In this document: piece after piece, positions 42,173 to 56,229 of the stretch
How the letters are laid out: each line of letters starts with the position of its first letter
Numbering within the stretch: position 1 is the stretch's first letter
Source: Octopus sinensis
Taxonomy: Eukaryota
NCBI RefSeq assembly: GCF_006345805.1
Contig: NC_043004.1
Location: forward strand, 48,112,001-48,176,000
Length of the DNA: 64,000 nt
Direction: 5' to 3'
Notes under the pieces: generated by a model
What the model was told of the DNA's origin: nothing
Database searches by the model: none
What the model saw: only the letters and a program-made list of their open reading frames with translations
Made by a program: the position numbers and the translations under genes

Positions 42173-42381
42173 TGTATGTATTACGTATGTATGTATGTCC
42201 ACGTAAGTCCAAATACTTCAATGTATGCTGGGAGATTTTCTTAGCCCGTTTAAATCGCCAAAATACACTGATAGTTACTACAGAAATCAACCATCCGAAG
42301 GCAAACGGGCTAAGAAAATCTCCCAGCATACATTGAAGTATTTGGACTTACGTGGACATACATACATACGTAATACATACA
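42173..42381. repeat. Perfect 79-bp inverted repeat with 51-nt spacer (MITE or fold-back)
   Basis: Arms 42173-42251 and 42303-42381 are exact reverse complements. Confidence 0.85.
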
Positions 42382-43089
42382 AGTCGACCTCGGTGGAATT
42401 TGAACTCAGAATGTAGTGACGGATGAAATGCCGCTAAGCATATCATGAAGCGTGCTAACGATTCTGCCAGCTCGCCGCCTTGATTCAATTCCTAGAATCG
42501 TCTGCCTTTAGGTTCTGAGTTCAAATTCCGCCAAGGTCGACTTTGCCTTTCATCCATCTAGATCGATTAAATAAGTACCAGTCACGCATTGGAGTCGATG
42601 TAATCGACTTATTCCCTTTGTCTGTCCTCGTTTGTCCCCTCTATGTTTAGCCCCTTGAGGGTAATAAAGAAATAAATATTTAATTCTAAAAATATAATAG
42701 GTTTTTTTTAACATCGAATGGCTAGGAAGGGCCATCTGATTAAAACAGGAATCAAAGGGGTCTATAGGTAAAAATGGTCGAAAAAAATGCAATAAATTAT
42801 TGTTAATCGGCGCAACGGCGGTATGGTATCTTCCTAATGTCTGGCATGTACACAAAATCATTTGCTTAGCTAAGTTTTTTGTAACGCATACAACACAAGG
42901 GAAATAACCATTAAGATAATCAGCTAATAATGATCTCCCTTTACTCGACGAATTTATCCATTGCCTTTGAAACATTAGTTCCAATACAGTATTTTGCCCG
43001 ACATCTCGTTCACATATTGTATTATAAAAGTAGCTGTAATGTTTGTGTTATTGAATCTGCTACAAATTACTAAGATTGAGCATGAAACC

Positions 43090-43703
43090 ATTGTTGCTGC
43101 ATTGGTAAAAGGCAAAGGGCTCAAACACAACTGAGGAGAAACTTCATGGAAAAAAAAGCTCTGCCCTCTATCTGATGGGATTGCAAAGGAGTAATTCACT
43201 TTGAATTGTTACCACCAAATGCAGCAATCAATGCTCAAGTCTAATGTCAGCAATTAGAGCGTTTGAAACAAGCTTTGAAGACAAAAAGACCCGCTTTAGT
43301 GAATCGAAAAAGAGTGATATTTCATCAAAACAATGCGTGACCCCACATTGAAAAGATCACATCAGAGAAGATCGAAGAGCTTGGTTGGGAAAAAAATTCT
43401 TTATCCACCTTATTCTCCCGACCTTGCTCTTTCAAACAACCATTTGTTTCGTAGGTTACAGAATCATTTGGGGGAGATAACTTTCGCAAGCCAGGAGGAG
43501 GTCGAAACTGACATTTCAGAGTTCTTCGCTTTGAAACCAAAAGAGTTTTACATTGATGGGATTAAAAAGCTTGTAAATAGATGGAAGGAAGTCATAGATA
43601 ATCAGGAAAAGTACATTGATGATTAAATTTCAATTAAGTATAACCTTTGATCACTTGTTTTCTTTATTCAAAATTCGGACAGAACTTATAGGAAGACCTG
43701 ATA
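43090..43703 (+). mobile_element. Mariner transposon 3' relic
   Basis: KRVIFHQNNA-PH and YPPYSPDLALSNNHLFRRLQNHL; terminal ggaagacctgata|TA. Confidence 0.85.
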
Positions 43704-43848
43704 TACATATATGCGTGTGAGTGCGTGTGTGTCTGGATACTAAACTGTATCATAATGTATATATTTAACGATGCATGTCACCATTATTTAGTATTTAGAA
43801 GGAAAACCTAATGATATACAAGTAAGACATAAGTAACCAAAATACACG

Positions 43849-43854
43849 TTTATT
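43849..43854 (-). terminator. Candidate polyadenylation signal AATAAA of copy 2
   Basis: tttatt on the + strand, 28 nt past the stop, inside 3' sequence alignable with copy 3. Confidence 0.4.
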
Positions 43855-43881
43855 AATCTTGGTAATTTAATTTAATTATTA

Positions 43882-45349
43882 CTACATTTTTTTTATTTTC
43901 TTAAGGGCCAAACTTGCTATAGCCTTTTTGTCAATTTTGCCACTAGCCAAAAGTGGAAATGAGAGAAAATATAAAATGTAATCAGGATGCATAGATACAC
44001 AATCAAAGTTATCTGGATCCGGCATTGAATCCGTACAAAACTTTTTCAATTCTTCTTCATTGAACTCGTGATTTGGCCGAACGGTAACGCACGCGCATAC
44101 ACGTTCTCCTACCGCCTGGTCAGGGATTGGCACAACAACCACAGCATCTACACTCGGATGACGTCCGATGTAATCTTCAATATGTTTAATAGATAGCTTT
44201 ACTGTACACTTCTTAATAAAATCTGTGCTTCTTCCAACCATTATGAGGTCACCATCTTCAGTTAAGTAACAAATATCTGATGTTGGATACCAACCATTTT
44301 CTAAGCATGAAGTACCATCCAGATGCGTTTTTGTTACCCATTTACTTCGAAAATACAAATAGCCTGTCTTTCCAATATCCACAACTCTCTTCTCCTCGTC
44401 AACAATTTTGATTTCTGTTCCTGCAGGTGGTCGCCCGAGCATTCCTTGTCGATGTTCTGAAATATTTTCTGGGGTAAAAATTCGAAGAGATATGAGGAAA
44501 GCTTCAGTACTTCCATAAGCAACTAAGAAACTATCTGCAATTTTAAACGTATGTTCTATTTCATCTCGGGTAATCACATCTCCACCTGATATTACCATAT
44601 TAACTCGGAATTCGCGATCGCTAAGTCGTTTCAAATCCTGTGGCGAAATACCAACTAAGTTGCATTCTTCACTCTGCCATATCTTTATAACAAAATCGAG
44701 GTTCTTCGGATCATTCAACATTTCTACGTCTCCACCGACATGCACTGATCCTCTGGTTAGCACAGACAAAGGATATCCTCCAATATATCCCATTGGACGA
44801 CTATTAAATGAAGTAAAATAAGAAGTCTCCTTAAAATCTGAATCTGGCAAGTTTAAGTAATTAAAATGGCTGTGACAAATACATTTAGGCACACCAGTGC
44901 TTCCTGAAGTCTGATTGATGGAAGCAATATCTTCCGGGTCAATGTAAGGAAACTCAACCTCGTCATCGTCGCTTACTTCTGCCATCAATTTAGCAGCAGA
45001 TAAAGCATTGGCTGGCCCATGTGTATTGGATACATCAATGGCAAATCTCAAATCGGGACACGCTTCGCTAGATACTTTTCCATTATCGCTTATTTGTGCA
45101 ATGGATAAGAAACTGTCCCAAATAGATTTGGATCCAAATACAACAGCACTACATCCTTTTATAATAGATTTCATATCTGCTAATCCAAACATTAATCGCA
45201 TAGAATATGCTCCCGTCATCATGATTCCAATATCGTAGCTCATCCATTCTACACAGTTAGGAACACAAAATGCAATCTTGTGTCCTTTTTCAATGCCTAG
45301 TTTCATCAAAGCCTTTGCGAACTTCACAGCTCCATCGTACATCTCTTTC
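43882..45349 (-). CDS. ANL enzyme copy 2, intact large terminal exon; no own exon 1 found
   Basis: 486-aa ORF, paralog of copy 1 (QTSGSTGVPK, YGSTE, TSDIC, LASGK). Acceptor ttttctttgcAG lies 5' of 45349; the exon starts G|AAA GAG ATG (phase 2) and ends at TAG 43882-43884. Confidence 0.88.
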
Positions 45350-45959
45350 CTGCAAAGAAAAGTGACATATTTAACATATATGCTCCTAAGTACATAGTTG
45401 CATAATATAGTAGTTTTTTACATTTCTATATCATATTAAGAAAGTGCAAATAATAGTCTAATCTACCAAGAGAAATCTCAGCGATTTTTATCATGTGGTA
45501 TATATGGCCAAGGTAGTAAATCCTGAATTCACCACCACCACAGTACACTTCGACCCTCTTTGCAATCAACTGAATATACACACATGTGTGTGTCTGTATA
45601 TATGTATGTCTGTAGCTCTTATCTCATGCTTGTTTCACTCACTGGACTGCAACCATACTGAGGCATTTCCTTGAAGTTTATCAAATCGGAACAGTTATTT
45701 TTCTTATTCAATCCGTCATTTTGCCGATCCGCTAGTATACTAGGACGTAAATATATCAATACCGGTTGTCAAGCAGTGGAAGAAACAAACACAGACGAAA
45801 ATACACATGCACACACGTACACACGCATACATGCACATGCGCACGCACACACACACACATACACACACACATTGACACACATTCATATATGTGTCCTTTT
45901 GCCGAGTGAGCCTCAGCCATGCTATTGAGTGCTCTTTTTTCAGTCAGTTGATATTGAGC

Positions 45960-46037
<78 letters not shown>

Positions 46038-46178
46038 GTCTGAAGGTCTTCCGTACAGTTTCCGTCTACTCAGTTCACTCACAAAGCACTGGAAAGTCCA
46101 GGGCTACATTAGAAGACACTTGATCAAGACTAAACCGGGTTCTTAACCACAGAGACCTGCCTGCTATTATATACATAC

Positions 46179-46223
<45 letters not shown>

Positions 46224-46265
46224 TATGAAAGAAGGTTTGAAAATGCAATTTTAAAAGATGTTTAT

Positions 46266-46309
46266 TTACTTTACCGGTTTCACTTTTTAGAAAAGATTGT
46301 CAAAAGTAA
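46266..46309 (-). ncRNA. Minimal type I hammerhead, U3:A8 variant, sense to the ANL pre-mRNA
   Basis: UUACUU-UUGACAA-U-CUUUU(cua)AAAAG-U-GAAA-CCGG-UA^AAGUAA, with a perfect 6-bp stem I. Confidence 0.7.
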
Positions 46310-46658
46310 CATGTAAAAGTTTGGTTGTGTTAATTATTGGTTGTCACAAAATGCTACAATACATGCTTTGGTAACAAGAACATGTTAAGAACATAAAAAA
46401 GTTTAACAAGTTCATAAAAATATTGGGCACAAAAGATTACAACATATATATACATTCTCAAGAAAATGTTAAAGACAGTTTCCAGAAGGAATTATTAAAA
46501 AGTTCAGTAGAATATTGGTATTGTATCTGTATATACATATACGCACAGAATATGGTTGTCACAAAATACTACAATACATATATGCATTCTTTGGTAACAA
46601 GAACATGTTCTTAAGATGTCCTGAAAATTTGACACAGCCTTGGTTTTGTTGTCTCATT

Positions 46659-46701
<43 letters not shown>

Positions 46702-46724
46702 TTATATATATATATATATATATA

Positions 46725-46767
<43 letters not shown>

Positions 46768-46869
46768 TTATATATATGTACAGTTACGTTCCTAGACCAC
46801 CTGCGAATATTGGACGTAGTTCATAAAAATACCAATAATGTCAAAATATGACCTCATATATGTGTGTGT

Positions 46870-46903
<34 letters not shown>

Positions 46904-46904
46904 A

Positions 46905-47865
46905 TATGTAGAAAAATACAAACTGGGACATGAACTAAAACATTTAGAAGACGATACAAAAAACACGGACGGGACATTCGAAGCCTTCAATCTTCAGTCA
47001 AGAACCGGATCATCCTAGCAATTTCAGCTGATTAATCTTGAGATCGCTCCGATCCGGCCAGCCCCAAGGAAAAACTAATCTACGAGCATTAGATTTCTTG
47101 AAAGAAGGATCGAATGTATACGAAACAGGGACAGAAAAACGGACGATGCCACACGAATATAAAATACAAAAAACAATAATGATAAAAACAGGACAAAAAC
47201 AGTGGGTGTCTTACGACTAATAAATAGTACAACAAGTTTAGCTGGCGTATTTGGAAAAATGCCTTTATCGGCAGACGAAGGCAACAGATGTTCTCACGGC
47301 AGTGGTCGGAGGCCAAAAGGCTGATTTTGACCAGCGGTCACGTGAGAGAAGAGAGAGAAAAGAAAGGGGGCAAAGGAAACAAAGGGAGAGAGAAAGAGGG
47401 ACGAAGGCAACAAGGGGGGGGGGCGGGAGAAGAGAGAGAAAGAAGGAATTAAAGAGGGGAGAAGAAAGAGTGCGTGCCAAGGAGGGCTAGTGAGTGCAAA
47501 GTGAGAAAGATAGAGAATTGTGAGAGAGTGGGGGAAGAGTAGACCAAAGAATCAGAGGCGAGAAAAGAGAAAAGGAGGAGAAGTAGAGAGAGAGAGAGAG
47601 AGAAGGGGACAGATCAAAGTAGAGTGAAAAGTGTGAAAGGCAGAGAAATGTAGGAGAGAGAGACAGTGTGTAGAGTCGTACCAAATTTACAGGAATATGT
47701 ACTTACATAAGGCCAACGAGGGTACGGACGTCGCTATGTATATTATATGTAGAAAAATACAAACTGGGACATGAACGTAAAACATTTAGAAGACGATACA
47801 AAAAACACGGACGGGACATTCGAAGCCTTCAATCTTCAGTCAAGAACCGGATCATCCTAGCAATA
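46905..47865. mobile_element. Non-autonomous Penelope-like repeat with ~120-bp terminal direct repeats, nested in the Tigger
   Basis: tatgtagaaaaatacaaactgggacatgaac...atcatcctagcaat occurs at ~46905-47022 and ~47746-47864. Confidence 0.65.
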
Positions 47866-48239
47866 TATATAATCAAAATAAGCAACAAGAATATCTTCGG
47901 TAATTTGGTACGATCGTTTCACGCTACATCATTTTGTTAAACATTATAAGTATTACAGCAGTTTTAAAATGTTGAGTAATCATCAGCCATTTATAGAGGT
48001 TTTCCATTAATACATATTTTCATATTAATTTATAACATTGTAGAGAGGGTAAATATATAGACAGAGATGTCGATTTGAATTTTAAGAACATTAAGGTAGT
48101 AGAATTTATCTTCTGACTGAACAATATTCTTTAAGTTATTTTGAACTTTATGATATATATATATATATATATATATATCATATGTAATACTAATTTAATA
48201 AAAAAAAAACAAAGTAAAATGTACGGTTACATTCACCAG

Positions 48240-48624
48240 TCTCTATATATATGAAGCTGAAGTTGTCTGTGTATGGCAGGTTTGGTAGCCTTCAACTAAC
48301 ACTCCGAGACCCTGCGGCACAAGTTGACCAAAGTTGAGAGTATGATAGAATGCTTGCTCTTCCTTCCGTAGAAGAAAAAATCCAAATCGGACCAAGTTAA
48401 CACCAAAAATTATTTACATCAAAAAGGTGCTTTTTTTCTATGAAAATCCCTATTTTTTACGATTTTTTTACTGCGGTGTCGCCATTTTTCGGTGTATTTC
48501 AACCAGAAAAATGTTCACTTAAAGAGAATAACAAGCTGTATAATGTGAAATTTTTGCTTTTCTTCAAAAATTCCAATTCTGAAGGTTCGAAACAAACCCG
48601 AGCGACGCCGGGCGATACTGCTAG
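48240..48624 (+). mobile_element. Non-autonomous Helitron (385 bp) inserted in the Tigger
   Basis: 5' TC, 3' CTAG preceded by hairpin cccgagcgacgccggg (48597-48612); the empty site attcaccaa|taatg is visible in the paralogous Tigger near 61697. Confidence 0.85.
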
Positions 48625-50669
48625 TAATGAATAATATTGATTTACGACGATGATGATGAAAATAATGGAGGTAATGACTGCTCACCAAAGAAGATTTAAA
48701 GCTCTTCGGGTGTTTTAGTAGGTGTCGTATCTTCGTGGAAGGCCTTCTTCGTGGTCTTGAGAAACATTGTGATGGGAAGTTGCTGTTCTTGTTTCTTCGT
48801 GTTGGTGAGGAGAGTTTTATATATCTGCATGGCAGCATCGATGGCATTTTTTTTAAATTGGAGAGACCGAAGCATATAGGGATCCTATGCTTACGTCTTC
48901 CCTCGCAATTCTTTTGCTGTCCTGAAAAGGTCGGACAGACCATCGATTGCCAGGCCCCCTCCCCATCCTCCTATTTCTCTGGAACTTGTACTTCCTTCAC
49001 TGGCATACCTCATTAACTCCAACAAATCTTCGTCCGCCGGGTTTCAGAGTGGGCATCGATGAGGTCGTTGACCTCATCTTGCGTGATGTCCTCAAAACGT
49101 TCGCCACCAAGTACCTTTACCAGTTTCAATGTATTGTAGACAGCCTCATACCGAATATCTTCAGGTGAGCAGCTCTCGTAGTCCGGCATACACTCTGGCC
49201 ACATCTTCCAGCATGCGATGGGAGTTCCTTTTTTCATGTCTTTAAGGGCAGCGTGGATGACTAACAGGCACGTTGCGATCGTAAAGTTACAGCAGTATTC
49301 CTTTAACTTGAAATTCTCGTTTGATTCCGTTGCGTCCTCAAAATGTTGGAGATTTCCGAGTGCAAAATGCTTTGAATGCATGGATCACGCCCTGATCCAT
49401 AGGCTGGATGTGGAAGGTGGTTTTGGCAGGCAGGAACTTGACTTGGACTCACTCGTGATTCAAATCGAAAGAGTGATCACCAGCATTATCCATAACAAGC
49501 AACACCTTGAATTCCATGCATACGTTTTGTAGGCATTCCTTGTCTTTAGGAATGACGCATTGGTGGGACCAATTCAAAGTTAGACTTTTGGTAATCCAGG
49601 CCTTGGGAATGTGCATTCAGTGGACAGACAGCAGATTTTTTATTCTTATTTTGGAAGGCCCTCGGATTCGCGGACTTGTAGATAAATCCTGGTTTTATCA
49701 TGAAGCCATCAGCATAGCCACACATAATTAGCGTCACTCTGTCCTTCTGTGCCTTAAATCCTGGGACTCTGGCTTCGTCCTTCATGACATACGTTCTGGA
49801 ATGTATCTTCCTCCAGAACAAGCCAGTTTCGTCCATATTGAAAACCTGTTCCGGCTTGTATCCCTGGTCCTCGATGATCTGCTTGAAGGTCTCGAGGTAC
49901 TTCTCAGTGGTTTCTTCGTTGGCTGATGCTGTCTCTCCATGCAAGGAAACGCACTTTATTGTAAATCGTTTCTGAAAATTATCAAACCATTCCTTGCTGG
50001 CTTGAAAATCTTCGGGCTCCGGTGCTGTCATTGGTCTTGGTTACGGTTCTTCGGTGCCTTCTGCTCCGTTTTTTCTGTCGAACTGCTGGTATAATTTCAG
50101 CGCTTTCTCGCGAATGATGTTACCATCCAATGGGATTTTTCCCTCTTCCAGTGCTTGATCCACAATGCCAAGGCAGATTCCATCCTAATGAAGTGCTTAT
50201 TTCTCATTATTGTTATCTTTTTTGGCACTTTCATAGAAACTTACTGCTACGGTATTCCTGATCGCCACCACATTCTTCTTTATATAGAGTATGGTGTTTT
50301 CATTGACAACATAATACCGATCTACTGCAGCATAACTTTAACTTTCCCGGAAAATATGCAGCAGCTATACCTTCTCACGGAGTGTCATAACCTTTTTCTG
50401 GCGCTTAGGTTCCCTGCCAGAAGCCTTAGAAAGTGTAGGGCGTTTGGGCGGCATCTTAGAGCTTTAATAACACGCTGCAAAAAACACAGCACTCAACAAA
50501 ATACTCGAGATAGCTACTGGATGCAATTTTACCAAAATACCTACAAAATCCTCCTCCGATGGGAGATTGAGAAGAGATTAAAAATAATCATGGTTTTGAA
50601 AATTTTAATTTGTATTACCACTAGATACAGTAATCTATAATACACCAAGAGAAAGAGAGCAGCAAGTAA

Positions 50670-50723
<54 letters not shown>

Positions 50724-50865
50724 CCTGCTCGCTTAGCCAGCAGGGTGGCGTCATTTGAAGGCTAAAAAAATATGCGCAGCGCATTGTGACCAGCGATGTG
50801 TAGCAACATCTGATAACCTGGTCGGTCACGGTGATCACGGTGATATATATATATATATATATATA

Positions 50866-50956
<91 letters not shown>

Positions 50957-51559
50957 TACATATATAAAGTATATATATATATGTACTTTCATTACAATGA
51001 GAGGTTGTTTTTGAGAGACAAATTCAGCGAGAGAGGGAGAGAGTGTGTATGTGTAAAGCATAGATAGATGTCGCTATACTAATTAGCAAGCTTTGATTGA
51101 GAGCAGGAATAAGAGATACAGTGTACCTGTATCTAAAACAATCAAGCGACGTGATGCGCGGCCATTCTAAATGAGAGGAAGCTTCAACTGCGAAGGGGCG
51201 TCGAGTAAACCGGAAAATATGGTATATTGTTATTAACAATTGAAATGTGTGAAAAAATATGCACTGCCACGAAAAATGCCATAAAAAATTGCGGTCGATA
51301 TTTACGATTCCGCAAATATGCGGTGGTTTCCGCGAACAATTGCTAGTTCCGCGAATAACCGGGAGCGCGAAAGTTGTTAACAGCAAACATCTAAATTTAT
51401 CGTTTGGTTCCTTGGAAGCAGCTCAAAATACACAACAACTTTGTAATCCCACCAAATTGACAGCATGGGATTTTTTTAATGCAATTTAGCTTTCGATGTG
51501 GTTAGTGCTAGTTCATTCATTACGCTTGGACCACGATCGTTTTCGATTGAAGTTATTAT

Positions 51560-52215
51560 AGACAATCCATTTTTCACCACCACTGATGATTCATTAAAAA
51601 AAAAAAGGTCGATTTCATTGCATTCGAGATGCATATCGAATATATTGATTCATTGTGTTAAGTGAATCTCTTTCAATTTATACTGAACTTAAATATCGAG
51701 CCTCTTAACGCATCCAAGAACTTTTTAAGTGATTTTCAACCGTTGTTTGTGATACACTTAACCTCTCTGCAATCACTCGCAGTTATATGAGAATCAAATT
51801 CAATTATGGCTTTGATTCGGTCATCATCAACTTCAGTAGGTGGACCAGAACGTTGATCATCTTTGAGTAAAAAATCTCCAGAACGGAATTTTTAAACCAT
51901 TTCTGACATGTGAGTTCTGTTAATTAATCAACACCATACACTTCACATATCTCTTTGTGAGCCTCAGCAGATTTCTTGACTTTGCGGAAATAAAAAAAAC
52001 AAAGTATGGTGAGAATGTCCGTGTTTGCACTCCATGTTAAAATTGACACTGAACGGCTGGAAACAAAATTACGCGAAATTTGCTTCTAAAGTAAGCTAAA
52101 AGTAACGGCAATCAAATCTCAAAAGGAAACAATCATAGCTTTGACAAAAGTCATACAAAAAATCGTAACTCTATCTATTTGCGAAAAATGAAATTACTTT
52201 CTTGCCAACCCAATA
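51560..52215 (-). mobile_element. Mariner transposon 5' relic
   Basis: TIR TA|tattgggttggcaag; YFRKVKKSAEAHKEICEVYG...TCQKWFK HTH remnant. Confidence 0.75.
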
Positions 52216-52429
52216 TATAAACTTGAAGCAATCCAGCGAAGATACGCGAAACATATAAGCTACTGGGAAAGACTCAAGAGATTGAGACTCTATTCCCTAG
52301 AGGGTAGGCGTGGAAAAAAGGCCATAATGTGCATCTTGAAAATCCTGGAGGAACTTTCACAAACTTTGACATTGAGAGTTACACTAACGCTAGAACTAAG
52401 TGCCACTGCATAATGCCAAAGACTCTAAC

Positions 52430-53679
<1,250 letters not shown>

Positions 53680-53899
53680 CAAATAAGAAAATGGAGAAAC
53701 AATTTAGTTGGTTCATCGGCTTTCGGATATTAGAATGTTTACTTTTTTTTAAACAAAAACGAGAACCTTAATAACATACATACATTATAGTTCAATACAT
53801 ATAAGATAAGAAAACAATTATAAAAATCTTAATATAAATTATTGAAATCATTAAGCTAATTAGAAGATATATTAACCTCGTAAAGGGGTGATTAGATCC

Positions 53900-55720
53900 A
53901 AGAATACAATAGTTCAATGCCTTATATCTTTGGGAAATAAATTTCCCTAAATCAATAGGTATATATTAAGCATATAATCCATATTCAATCAAGAGGAGAA
54001 AATGGACAGTTAATGTTTAATAGTTATTTATCAATAAACTGATAATAATTCATTCCTACACTTGTTTCAATGTACTCATTCAATAAATGACAAGTTTACG
54101 CAATAGACCTGCATTTATAAGTTATGAGCAAAATATCATCTGGGAAATATAAGACATTAAGAAATTACATGCTAGCCAATCCGTTCTTTTCAGCAGACTA
54201 AAATATGGAATTGTTTTATATTTTATTCTTCAGTTTATGCGTGTGAAAGCTAAAATTTGGATGTTAATTTTAACCTTGTAACTGGTAAATATGAACTCTT
54301 CCACAAATCAAATACGAATTCAAGCTATATTAATTTCGGAAGTAATCACCCAGGATTGATTCGAAATACTTTAATTTCTAATATAGGGAAAAGAATACCA
54401 AATTTATCTTCGGAGTAAGGGATTTTTATGAAAAATAAAAATTATTATAATATAGCTCTAGCTAAAGCAGGATATAGAGATAAAAAAAAAGTAGCATCGA
54501 TCCAATGATAATAATATAGATGATAGAATTAATCATACGACAAGAAACATCTGGAAATAATAGTAATTCGATTAAAAGTAAATCTACGAGTAGAAATAAA
54601 CAGAGAATTAATAAAATAGCTAACAATGAAATAATAAGCAGTAACGATAAGCTTGAAATAAATAAACATCAACTTAGAAATATAGACTATAATATAGAAA
54701 GAACAAATATTAAATATCCTTATAAACCTATAATAAATAATACGCAGCTTAAAAATAATTATTATTTTTATACTGACAAATACGCAAATAATAAATCTGT
54801 AATTGACTTGAGTACTTATACCCTTGATAAACCTTGTAAAATTAGTAATATCAAAAGTAAACCATATACTTCTCTCATAATATTTACGAAATCGAAAACT
54901 GAATATAAATACTCAAAAAATAATCCTAATTAATCTAATAATATTTTGTTTATTATTCCATATGCAAAACAAATTTTTAATATTTTAACCAAAGCTATAT
55001 GCAGGTCTATTTACAAACATTTTGATTGAAATAATAAATATAGCGAAATTATAAATATATTAAGACTGGTTATTGTCTAACTCGTAACCTGTTCAGAATT
55101 ATATCATTTATTAATAACAAAAAATTGGATAATTTATACAGTATTAGTAATGTTATTTATAATAACACTTCACAACACCAACAAGATTTCAAAAACCTAA
55201 TATAATAACGTTAACGGTCATACACACCTTATTGATGAAAGGGAAATAACCCATATTAATTTCCTTCCTAATAATATTTCAAATAAATCTATACTTAGAG
55301 ATGTAAATGAAACCTGTGACTGTAAAGTTAAAATCAATTGTAAATTTTAAAATTTATGTAAGAATGATAACTTAGTTCACCAAAGCATAGGAGAATCACA
55401 AGGAAAACAGTCCTACTATATAGGGTCAATAGTAAATAGAATTAAACTTACGGTCGCCAATCATTTGCATCGCTTTAAAAGTAGACAAAAAATGAACAAT
55501 ACCGGATCACGTAAGTTCATATGGGAATTAAAGGATAATAATATTGAATTTAATCTTAAATGAGAAATTCTTAGTTTTGTCCAAACATACAAAATCTCAA
55601 ACAAACGATGTGAGTTGTGTACAGAGGAAACATACAAAATTCTTATGTCTAAGAACCATCTTTTCAACTTAAAGAATGAAAAAAATTGTCTTCTGTTCTC
55701 GCCGCGAAATGTGTTTTTAC
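53900..55720 (+). mobile_element. Highly degenerate AT-rich Penelope-like element of a second subfamily
   Basis: GSNHPGLIRN...GKRIPNLSSE...ALAKAGY (RT thumb) and YYIGS...KRCELCTEETYKIL (GIY-YIG tail). Confidence 0.65.
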
Positions 55721-55911
55721 TAAATTTAATTAAACTATAAAATTGTTATAAAGTAATACAAAGTTCCTCTTTATTGGATGAATTTTCTGAATCCATTGAG
55801 GTCATAAGTTTTCGTAAAGAATAGGCTTAATCTATATTCATAAATAACAGAATATTATATCTCTTATAATAATGTGTCTATATGTATGTATTTATGTATG
55901 TGTGTATATGT

Positions 55912-55971
<60 letters not shown>

Positions 55972-56112
55972 GTGTGTGTGTATGTATGTATATATATATA
56001 TATATATACATAATTTAATTGTAACATATAGATTATATTAACATATATATTATATTTAATTTCATAAATAATTTATCAATAATCAAACTCGTTTAATTGT
56101 AAACTCATATTC

Positions 56113-56175
<63 letters not shown>

Positions 56176-56229
56176 TATAAGCATACATGTACACAAACAC
56201 ATAGTTTTACGTAAATAAATTAGATCGTA

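Larger units (their letters stand above)
46781..51375 (-). mobile_element. Tigger/pogo DNA transposon relic with nested insertions
   Basis: Frameshifted transposase at ~48640-50460 (FQASKEWFDNFQKRF CENP-B HTH; VFNMDETGLFW; QPMDQGVI); TIR remnants at 46781 (TA|cag) and ~51345-51365. Confidence 0.85.

Noticed and set aside
45350-46780. Nearly identical acceptor-to-Tigger distance in copies 2 and 3 (1432 vs 1436 nt)
   Set aside because: The distal ~900 nt are different insertions in each copy, so the equal length is treated as coincidence.
46965-47010. Minus-strand CUGAAGA...GAAU motifs (also ~10005-10035 and 47810-47850)
   Set aside because: GAAU instead of GAAA and no stem I pairing; not counted as hammerheads.
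54520-54933. Asn/Ile/Lys-rich ORF
   Set aside because: Low-complexity linker inside a degenerate Penelope element.
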